From contig OZ076409.1 in the NCBI GenBank assembly GCA_964187785.1, positions 8,248,001-8,312,000 of the forward strand: a DNA stretch of 64,000 bases, in the 5' to 3' direction. The notes beneath the pieces were generated by a model. That model saw only the letters and a program-made list of their open reading frames with translations. It had not been told where the DNA came from and did not search any database. Each line of letters begins with the position of its first letter. Position 1 is the first letter of the stretch. Below are positions 53,821 through 64,000 of the stretch, in pieces. Source of the stretch: Amphiscolops sp. MND2022. Lineage: Eukaryota. The position numbers were made by a program, and so were the translations under genes.

Positions 53821-54127
53821 ACAAGTGCCCATTTTTTGAAACGTGCGACGTCTCAACTTGTTTTAGGTCACGTTATGTCTGCAGCTAAGTCTTTCCTAAT
53901 TAAAGTTCCTGTCAACTTCCTGTCACAAATCAAGTGAGCTCAAATTGTCCGTTCAGTTTGCTGAATGAATCGAAATTAATGCACATTTCAACTTTTTGCG
54001 CTTTGTGACGTATAAAGAATGTTGGTAACTTTCTTTTGAGTAAAATCTATGACGCAGTCAGGAATGTCCATAATAATTATCGGCTTTGTAAAAGCATCTC
54101 TATTAGGCGCGAAAGGGTTACTGACTG

Positions 54128-54639
54128 CAGAGTTTTGATACCGCTTATCAGCGATTTACCAAATTAGTGGACGCGCAAGGATTTTTCAGCGATTTCATTA
54201 ACGGTTCAAATTAGCGGCAACTAATAAAATCTCCAAAATCAAACCTTCCTCAGAGTATACGCGGTGTTTCAGAATGAATTTCGAAAAATTCTAACTCTTA
54301 CCTTTGTAAAACCCATAAGTTATGAAAAATTCAGTTTTTCTTGCAAAAACTAAATTAAGCTATGACTTAATTTCAAAATATACATGAAGTAAAACATTTG
54401 ATAGTATGGAGAAACCTTTTCAGCGAAATAGCAGTTTAGCGATTAGCGAAAAGAATTAGCGATGTCAAAACCCTGATCAATTTAACATAAACTTATAAAA
54501 CATACTTGAGGCCAAACAATTAATAGTTCGAAAAAAGGTTTTCAGCTCGAAGAAAATTTTTTCGGCGAAATAGCGATTTTGAAATTTCTGAAAAGCGGTT
54601 TAGCTATTAGCGAAAAAAATTATCGATGTCAAAACCTTG
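54128..54639. mobile_element. hAT-type MITE, 8-bp TSD ACTGACTG, with duplicated right end
   Basis: CAGAGTTTTGATA...TGTCAAAACCTTG. TSD at 54120-54127 and 54640-54647. Internal extra TIR TGTCAAAACCCTG at ~54475. Related copy at ~60690-61024. Confidence 0.8.
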
Positions 54640-55040
54640 ACTGACTGGTCAGTTAAAAATGACCGGGTGAAAACCTAAATTCGTCGTTTCTCGAGAATTT
54701 TTTTTCTCTATGGAGAAAAATAAAGATGTCTCAATTTAACAGCGATAAAAGCAACGTTGTATTGAACTTAAAAAATGTTTCTAGTTTTTTTGCCCCAACA
54801 CAGGCTACAAAGGTCACAAAAACTTCCAAAAAAATATGCTGAAAATAGATACGCCAACCTTTTTATCTTAATCGCAAAATCGTAAGGCTTTCATATTGAG
54901 AAAAATCGTTTGTTCAAGTAAGTTGTCGACCAATCTCCTACTGAAGTCTTTTTTGTGCGGGGGCTCTTAGGCTGCAAAATAATTTCATTTGGTATGCATG
55001 CGTACTTTCATCAATCCTGTGCTTGTAATAGAATAATATA

Positions 55041-55469
55041 AAACAAGATGAGAACGTCTCAAGTCGGCGCTATATCTAAGGCTCAAAAAAGTGCAAAGTT
55101 TTTAAAATTGTAAAAGGGGGACCCTTTCGACTTTTTGAAAATCCAATTTGTTGCAAAATATCAAAAAAATTGAAGGGGGACCCTTTGGCGACAGAAAAAA
55201 TCGAAAAAAGTCGCACAGTGACGAAAAAAAATTCAAAGGGGGAACCCTGTAGTCCCGCCCGGTTTTGTATCTTACGTTAAAAATTGAGTACACGAAAGAG
55301 GGACCCTTTGCACTAACTCAGATGCGTTTCCGTTTACCGGTCCAGTACTTTCGTAGTTCTGTAAAAAGTGTCCACTACGCATACATTCTGTTATCTGACG
55401 AAAAAAAAAGAAAAAAAACCTGTCACTGTAATAGTCGGGCTCAGATTTTTAAAATGCGCCGACTAAAAA
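55041..55469 (-). mobile_element. HINE family 1
   Basis: Closely matches 53398-53820, with the same termini. Confidence 0.8.
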
Positions 55470-56172
55470 CAAAGGTTCATGTGAAACTTTTGCTTTCAAC
55501 ATGGAAAATTTCACAGTTTATAATTCACGTTCGGCCGTGACTCGGTCTCATCAACTTATCACCACAAATAAAAATTGGTTGCAAATTTTCAAAAGATTTT
55601 CATCCTTTTTTGATGCTTACTTAGCAGCATGGCGGTGCGATTAACTTTTAAATTGAGGCCATTGCTTATTTAAAGCTCTTAAGGTGAGGAAATTTGCTAA
55701 AAATGCATCTGCACTTTCCTGACAGATTTGTTTTTTATCCTCGCACGGAATCAAGGGCAGCGCGTGGTCTCTGTGATTGTGAGTATAACGGTCTAACAGT
55801 GCTGTAGCTTGGGGCATTGTATTTGTTTATTTGATATAACGCTCAATTTTTAATGCCTTCTTTGCGGAGCGTTTTGAATAATTGACCACATCATTACAAG
55901 GCGTTTGCTTTTTGAGCTTTATTTTTGTTTGCAGTTTGCCAATGGCGATGCAACCAATCATTCTAAGAGCTGCTTGCTCGCAACACCTGGTGGCTGTTGA
56001 TTAAGGGATCTTTTCACGTGCACTGCACCGCATGACGCAAAAACTGCACCGTGGGAGTCCTAATAGGAAAAGTTTCATAGCAGGAAACATGAAACATTCA
56101 CAAAAATCATGTGGAAATACTGAAAAAAAACGGACCATGTGTGTGTCTATTTAACCCCCCCCCCCCCAGGTA

Positions 56173-56763
56173 CACCTTGTTTCGATCTTTGACCCCCCAA
56201 CACGAGAGCACATTTTGCTGTTGGATAAAAATAATTCAATAATCAAAGAATATTATATGAATGTAAATACTTAGAGTATGGTCTTTACAGCTGTTTTGAC
56301 ACTTCCAGCAAAAAATGACCCTAATTTTCGTCCAAAGGAGCGAAATAAGAGACATGGTCCGAAAAAATTTCTTCTGAAGTATGTTGTTAAGAAACAAGGT
56401 CAATATACCATTATGTTTGCGTTAGAACTTCTGCCCAATAAAATAATTTATGTCGACATAATCCTATCTTACACATTAATTCATAATTCACAGCCAAAAG
56501 TGGCTCATTTATTTTATGGCGGAGAAAATATGCATTAAAATAGGGGCCTTTATACACGGTTTTGGCTTGTTTCTGGCATGAAGTTTTGCTATTTTGGATA
56601 ATAAATATCAAAAAATTAGGGTAAATTTTTGGTGGAAGTGCCAAAACACCTGTAGAGAGAATTCTTCAAGTATTTGTAACCCATAAATTTCTTTTAATCG
56701 TCCAAGAACTTTTTTCAGGAATACAACGTGTTTTCGTGTTGGGGGGGGGGGCGAAACAAGATG
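56173..56763. mobile_element. TA-flanked MITE
   Basis: TIR CACCTTGTTTCG...CCCCCCAACACGA / TCGTGTTGGGGGG...CGAAACAAGATG with TA on both sides. Confidence 0.65.
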
Positions 56764-57220
56764 TACAAAACAAGGGGTGGAAATGAGAAAAATGGTCCAC
56801 ATTCACAAAAACCATCTGGATATATTGAAAAAATTCTTCTGAATTTTTTCAATATCTCTAGATGGTTTTTGTACAAAAACCTTTGTAGAAACATTTGAAG
56901 AAAATGCTGTGCTTTCAGTTTTAGAGGAAAACATGAAATGAGTCAGAAAAAATTAAAATTAGAAAAATGAAAATTGTTTGAATAATCTCAGTGCTTGAGT
57001 ATGTCAAGAAAATCAAAGGGGCGGTTCGGTAATTAAAGCCGCTTCCTCAATGATTTTTTTGTTTGTTCTCTCGTTTTAATTCGCAACATGCGAGTCAAAA
57101 AAGTGAAACAAACACACTTCATACAAAAAGGAGAGGACTATATCTTGAATACAAGTGTGATTAAGAAAATTCAGTTCAAAAGTGGCAATTAAAACACACT
57201 GTGGTAAACAGCATCTAAAG

Positions 57221-57707
57221 AAAACAAGCCGGGACCGGCCCAAGTCGGCGCCATATCTAAGGCTCAAAAATAGCAATACTTCAACATGTCAAAGTATTGG
57301 TGAATTGGGGACACTTATATGAAAAAAATGAAAAAAAGTCTCACAATGCCGAAAAAAACTGAAAAGGGGGACCCTTTGGGATTTTTTCAACATCCATTCT
57401 GTCGCAAAACTCCGAAAAAAATGAAGGAGGACCCTTTGGGGAAAAATTTTTCCCGAAAAAAAGTCTCGCAATGCCGAAAAAACTGAAAGGGGGCCCTTTG
57501 GTCTCCTCCGGTATTGTATGTTACGCGGGAAACTTTTTGGTTCAGTTCCTTGCGCCAACGGGTACAATTTGGCGTCTTCTTAAAATTTTGTAGAACTTTC
57601 GGTAGAACTATTTTGGTCACTCCAGGTGTATCGAAAATATTTTTTAAAAAAACACTGACGAAAAGCCATGACTATAATCGGCTCTTTTCAAGAAAAGCGC
57701 CGACTAA
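57221..57707 (-). mobile_element. HINE family 1
   Basis: AAAACAAGCCGGGACCGGC...AGTCGGCGCC start, end AATCGGCTCTTTTCAAGAAAAGCGCCGACTAA. Confidence 0.8.
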
Positions 57708-58426
57708 TGACCTATTTGCTCGAAATTATGTTTTTCACTATTTATATAGTTACACGTGTCTGGAATTCAAAATACCTTATATGACTTTTTTCGACTGAGA
57801 AAAATTTAAAAATTGCTTTTCTGGCTGCATTTGATAACGGTCTAAACAATAATTGTTATCGAACTGGAATAGCAATTTTTCATGACGCCTTCTTACAATT
57901 TGTGGCCATTTCAGACCTCGGATGTCCCAAATTTAACTTGAAAGTTGCGGTATTTCAGGCTTAAAAGCGACGGAGACATCTAAATATACCAACAGTGCAG
58001 ATGAAAAATGAGTTTGGAAATGGAAAATTTTCTTACAATGAATCATTATCATTCAATACAGTTGTATACAAAAAAAGTAAGATAACATTTTGTGGGATGG
58101 AAAATTCAAGTGCAAACTTGGAATGACTAATTCTTTTCCCTAATGTCCTAAATGTGGAAAAGATGAAACAAATTCGGGCGCCGATTTATTGAGTAAGCAA
58201 ACAAATAAATTTGTCTGCCGCATTTTTTAGTCATTCATGACCTAAAAGTCGCAATGATTGCAAATTCTCACTTTGAAGTCAGTAGACTTACTGTTGCCAG
58301 CTTTGCTTACTGTTGCAGAGCACCCTTCCTGCGTAATTCCTAGTTATTCCTAGTTATTACTAAAGCAATAACAATAATAAAAACAGTGCAAAAAAAGTTG
58401 CAGATAGGGGGGGGGCAATGACTAAC

Positions 58427-59097
58427 AGTTTTTCCAGCGATGCGCAGTTGTTCATTGTGCAGGCTCGGTTCCTAAGGTTGGGCAGGTTCTGCACTGATAT
58501 GAAAACTTCCTCGCCCTTCTCGTTTTTGGATGACTTGCGTTTCCGGAACCAGTTGGGGATGAATTTAGGGAGAAACTTGAGTTTCCTGGAACTCTTTTTG
58601 GCGGCCGTTGTTCCATATGGAAGTGACTCATTAATGTGCATCATTTCAGGGGAGGTCCATCCGGCGGTAGCGTTGAAAAGGTTCTCGCAGCTGGCAACAT
58701 TGCGTCTGGATTGTGACGTAATATGCATGACGTCATTCGGCACTCTCTCAGAGGTTCCAGTGGAGGTTATGGTAGCCGGAATCTGGATTTCTTTGGCCGC
58801 AACTTTTTTCCCACGATCCACACTGTTGCTGTTTACGCGGGAAAAGTCGATGTAGTCCGAGGATCTTCGGTGCAAAGCGCTGCCGACACTTTTCCCGGCT
58901 TTTTTGGGCGGTAAGAGGAGTCTTCCATCGAAAGGGGCTTCTAATGACGACGTGAAAGATCCGATGGGAGGGGGCGATGACGTAACAAAGTCGAAGCTCT
59001 TGCCAGAATGCATCTGCTGGATTTGAGGACAATGGCTGTTGTAGTTAGCCAGAACCAAATCTCTGTAACTGTTGCTAGCTGTGCTATTATTATGCAT
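58427..59097 (-). CDS. Gene A first coding exon (ATG to phase 2 donor), uncharacterised disordered protein of ~1029 aa in total
   Basis: ATG MHNNST... and donor AAA CT|gttagt. 671 nt = 223 codons + 2, joining G TAT of the next exon. Probable exon acceptor upstream at 59850 (gtttgtttcag). Confidence 0.8.
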
Positions 59098-62000
59098 GTT
59101 CGCGAGGTTACAGTGGCGTTACAGTTCCAAACCCAGTTAATTTTTTGCAGGTTCGTTCCAGACCACTTTCGTTTGTGTAATGATACATTGACCTCTTGAA
59201 GACAATGACGAAGATATAAGTTTTATTGCAGCAATAATTTTAATAACAATAATAATCTCGGCCTTTTTTGATAAGCTAGACAAGACAAATTATTAGCTTT
59301 GTATTCAGTTCTGCTGCTTTCGTTGTGTTGCCGTCGCCGCGCGTAACTCTGAAAATTTGCAGCTTTTGCTTCTCTGGCTTTGTGACAAACACAGAACTGG
59401 CTGAAAAGACCGGCTGTAGTATTTTATCCGAATTACAAGGTCGTAAATAACTGTTATAAACAATTTCACCCAGCGATACACATGCCGGACAGTGTATTGG
59501 ATTGATTTTGTTGCGGAGTCCGGACGATAGGTGGTTGCTGCAAAGTTACATGCAACGTACAAAATGCGGTTGCATTGGATAAACTCTTCTCCCAAATTAT
59601 TATCCTACTAATTTTAGCCAATGACAAGGGCGCTTGTTGTCTTGTTTGGGTGTTTTCCGACGATGTCTTTCCGTTTTTGGAGAACGGCACCTGGCAACGG
59701 GGGGCGGTAATTTAAACCCAACGGCTCAGGGGCTTTAGACTGACAGTTCAATTCGTCTTGGGCTGACTTGAACCGAATAAAAGGGTATTATGTAATGTAC
59801 ACTTCCTTCAACTTCGGCTGTTGCTCAGAAACTTCACCGAATTACAAGCCCTGAAACAAACGATATGTTTAATTGTACAGTCATTCGGGTAATACAGTGA
59901 TAATAACTTTCAAAATGGAAGAATTTCAGGACTAGGCAAAATTCCGTCTATTTCCGCGTCAACTTTCACTAGTTTCAACACTCATAGATAGAGCATACAG
60001 TTACAAAGACATGCCTAGATCAGTTTAGTGCATTTCATGTGAAAGGGAGAAATATTTACATAGAGGTATCTTAAGCCAGGAACGTGTTTGGGATTTGAAA
60101 CTATGAGACATTGTCCCAAGGCGGCTCATTTAAGCCTCAAAACGCAACTCAACTGTTCAGTTTAAGCTCTGTAAACAAAACACAATCCACTCGGGGGCAC
60201 ATTAAACAAGTGCTCTGCAAAACTATTTTCCATGCAATTCAACGACACTTCCTTACTTTCCATACATGGGCGGACTTATTTTATACCACTGTTAGCCCCT
60301 AAAGAGCTATTCCATGCTAAGACATTTATTTTCACTGGTATTTCCTTCATTCAATTAAAAACGCGTGTTCGTTTTGTGCCACCAAAATTGCATTTGCCCG
60401 CCAATTTGTAGGTCTGCTGCCAAATTTCGCTATTTCTCACACAATCCACATTAAATCATGACAAGGGTGTCACTTTGCCGATATCAATTCGGCTGCTCTA
60501 ATTGGGCAACTTGGAAAGAGTTGAGATTGTAAACCCAAAATTTGAGAACACTTTTGGTTGTGAAACTTTCCGTACTATTAAGTTGTTGTATATAGTTTTT
60601 TGCTACATTTTCAGGAGTGAATGTTTTTGGGGCCAAAAAATAATTTTTGTTCACAACACTCGAACAACATGAAAATCGCTGGTTAAAAGCAGAGTTTTGA
60701 TAACGCTAAGAAGCGATGCAGCAAAATTGTTTGAGCGATTTTATTAGCGATTCAAATTAGCGGCAACTTATAGATAGTCTAAGTTCAAAATTTCCTCGGA
60801 AAATACACGGAGTTTCAAGAAGAATTTCAAAAAATTTCAAGTCCAACAATTGTGTGAGAAATTATCGTCTTTTTTCTTGCAAAAGTTGAAAAAAGTTATC
60901 GTTAAATTTTGAAACACTTAAATTCAAACATTTAATAGTTTGAAGAAAGTTTTTTTTACCGAAATAGCGATTTTAAAATTAGCGGTTCAGCAATTAGCGA
61001 AAAAATTAGCGATGCCAAAACTAGTTGAATGATTGCGTATTTTTGTTGTGATCTTTTGTTCACACCTGAACGTTAACCGTTGTTCTTACCGTTACATTTT
61101 CAATTACAGGAAAGGAAAATCCAGGAAAAAAATGAAATTTGGAGTCTGCACAAGTGACCTATCGTTCATTTCATGCCACCGAGCAATTTCTCTTAATCTG
61201 CTGAAATGTCACTTTTTTATCACGTGAAAAAAGACTGAATAATGAGGGTTGCGGTCAATAAAACTCGCGCTAAGTTGCGATACCCAAATTTGTTCCTCTC
61301 CAAAAAGATCGTAAATAAATTGGTGCTTGAAAATTCCATGGATATAATCCGTCATACTGAAAAAATTTCCACGGAACTTACATGTTTTAGCTCGACCTGT
61401 AAGGGGTTATTCCCGATTGAAATCCTTTAAAAGAGGAGGAAATTTGGGCAAACTAACCTCACTGTAGTTATTTGCTTTTGCAAAGTAGTCAGAAATCAGA
61501 GAAATTGTAATGGTTGGGAAAAGGTATAATTGTCACAGCAAGCAACGTGAAATGTTTTCTTTTGATGATGAAAGCGCCCGGTCAAAAAGTGCAATGTTGG
61601 TGGTAGGAGCGTTAGGCAAAGTGGGGATATCGATGGAAAGAAAAAGTGGCTTACTGTAGCTGAAGAAATGAAAATTATTTCAAGGTATCAGGCAGAAAAA
61701 TGGTGTTTGCACGGTCGCACAGTCGATGCAGTTTATATATTCTTTAGGCTTGCTGAATTAACCGACCGAGGGTAGAAGTAAGAAGACAGAGTGATTATTA
61801 AATGGCGCCAGCTAAAGATTGATATGCTGGGTTTTATTGCAAGTGAATCCAATTAAGGACTTACTGCAACTCTTGCGGGACAAGATAATTAGAATAGACC
61901 GTGAAAAAAATAAATTGACACAGGAGAGAAATGACAAAAGAAAAATTAAGGCAAAGCTTACCAACCAGCATTCACTTTGTGCTTGGTAAACACGGGCAGG

Positions 62001-63576
62001 CGAATTTTGGTGGACGGAAGAGAAAGAAAGCACGCTTCTTAGAGCGGGAAAAACGATCGTGGAGAAATAGGGAGAAAATAAATAATAATAAGAATAATGA
62101 AAATAATAACACAAATACTGCAATTTTGGGAAAACAAACTATGAGATAAATAGTAGTACTAGCTGTAAGAGGCAAAGAAGCATACGAGCTGAGAGAGAAA
62201 ATGATAAAACAAGCGGCGTTGGTTGTGGTTTAGTTGTTCGTTGTGGCTGAGAAAAAGAGGGATAGATTATGAAAAAAAACGACGGCGCAGGAAAAACGAG
62301 CATAGCATAGGATGCATTTGTTTATACGTCGTGCTTCGATATCATTTATGGTAGCTAATACAGTCGTCGGCCTTCGATTCTATTTAGTCGAACGAGGATA
62401 ACAAGGAAGACACAATTCACAAGCGCAAGGAATTCAAATCAGTCCGCCGCTACGGCTAATACAAAAATATGAGATGCGGCGGCGATATTCCCAGATATGC
62501 ACGCATATTACGAATTTATATTATTCCTGCCAAAACTGCGCAGTCTTAATTTTTCACGATACGACGCAACGATTGGACCGAAAATCGAAAAAATAGAACC
62601 GCGCCACCACCGCCGCTGTAAAGCTTCTATTTTTGAGAAGCACGATTAAGAAGGATGAATTTCTATGTTCTACAGCCTCCAGCCAATGTGTCACATGCTA
62701 AAGACATAGTTTGCGACGAATCTAACAGAAATTGCATTGAAAAATACGCTTCCTGTCAGAATTCATGTTTTGCACCGAAAAAAAACGGAGAAAATGCAAA
62801 CATCTGAACATCAATTGAAGGTTAGCAGAATCGACAAAAATTGGCAGAGCCTCAAATTAATTTCCTTTTTCGCATCTTTGGAACAGGTCTGCAAAAAACG
62901 AAGACAATTTAGCAGTGTTCTGCACGTGATCAAATGCGTGAAAAAAAGATGGATTGAACGAGCAACTGAAACTTGCATGCGTTAAAACATGCAAGAAATT
63001 TTAAAAAAAGGCATGAATAAAACAGTCAACAGGTTGAACAAGAACAAAAAGAAACAATAGAACTTCGATTGGCCAAAAACGAGACAGAAAACGGGTGGAA
63101 ATCATGACATACTCTGCCATGGAACAATAAGGAAGCAGGAAATGGCTGTATCTTTCTCATTCAAAACGGAATTGCAATTTGAAAAGACCCTTTCAGCAAA
63201 GGGGGAGAATGAGATTTGAGAATGAGGGAAAGCGCAAAAAGTAATGCAACTTCATAATAACATGGTAGTGGTTTCGCAATTTCCAATTCCACGATAAGTC
63301 CTTCCCTACGGGAGCCATAAAATGAAACACATTAACATATGCAATTAACGCCTGCATTTAACGTGTTTTTTGTTATGTAATTGCTCAAAGTCGCAACAGT
63401 CAGTTTGATGCTTACCTTTGTAGTGCACGTGCCATTTTAATACCATTGAAAAAACAAACACACCAATGAAGGCTTCAGCGCCATTCCCAGTTTTACCGGA
63501 GCCATTAAATCAAATCAAGGGGTGGGATTTTACATGTTATTTCAACAACACAAAGATTTATGAATTACCGTGATTA

Positions 63577-63800
63577 TTTTCTGACCCCCCCCCCACCATC
63601 AAAATGTTTTTGAAAAATCAGTGGAACGATTAGCATAAAAAGACTTGAAACTAAAACAAAAACCTTCAAAGTTAAATGTATTTCCAGATTGACAGTTTGG
63701 GATCCGGATATAGATTTTATTCACATTTTTCTCCTTATGAAGTCACGCATTCTCGATTAAAAAATCAACGTTTGATTTTTAACTGCAGTCAAATTATCAT
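63577..63800. mobile_element. Fragment of the Merlin-like MITE (another at ~38520-38740)
   Basis: ATTTTCTGACCCCCCCCCCACCATC left-end motif and shared internal blocks. Confidence 0.55.
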
Positions 63801-64000
63801 GTTCGAAAATTTTGAGAAATTGGGAAAAACTGAATAAAGGATTGCATATTTTTTTTAAAACGAAGAGTTATTTCAGTTTAGCCTGAAGTCTACAATTACA
63901 AGACGCCCACGGAGCACAGGGATATTTTCCGCTCTGATTTGTCTTAAAAACGACATGTTTTTAAGGGTCGAGCGCATCCAATAAACACGCTAACAAGAAA

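Noticed and set aside
47911..57798. Short F/K-rich ORFs (RVPPFNFFRHC, LRYSADFRRSRL types)
   Set aside because: Chance translations of HINE internal repeats and termini.
58360..58426. C-terminal transmembrane tail LLVIAPPLSATFFALFLLLLLL of ORF 58360-59097
   Set aside because: Best explained as intron read-through past the GTTAGT donor, whose phase matches the next exon.

Overview
This is AT-rich, repeat-dense eukaryotic (animal-like) genomic DNA with one 200-N gap (8203-8402); no prokaryotic genes, rRNA or CRISPR array were found. Reading splice sites and intron phases by hand reveals two minus-strand multi-exon coding units that the ORF track shows only in pieces. Gene A has 3 coding exons (59097-58427, 44703-43675, 41493-40104) and encodes about 1029 aa of low-complexity S/T/Q/H-rich protein. 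Gene B has at least 8 phase-consistent exons (39694 down to 2188, no stop reached). It encodes a protein with repeated [RVxF-like motif - short linker exon - FxxK(R/K)KxH(Y/H) helix] modules resembling the PP1 active-site-blocking HYNE region of protein phosphatase inhibitor-2. One Gene B exon is split by a 432-bp MITE with a perfect 8-bp target duplication, yet both halves stay in frame. The introns are filled with transposons. These include a decayed LINE whose 3' ~632 bp has been amplified into a 10-copy tandem array, and a Gypsy (Mag-like) LTR element whose 5' ~1.94 kb plus host flank is triplicated. There is also an LTR element carrying an SGNH-like accessory ORF, two Helentron/DINE-1-like non-autonomous families (often nested), hAT-, Merlin- and Tc1-type MITEs, and a tRNA-derived SINE. 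All family assignments come from motif recognition by eye, not from database searches.
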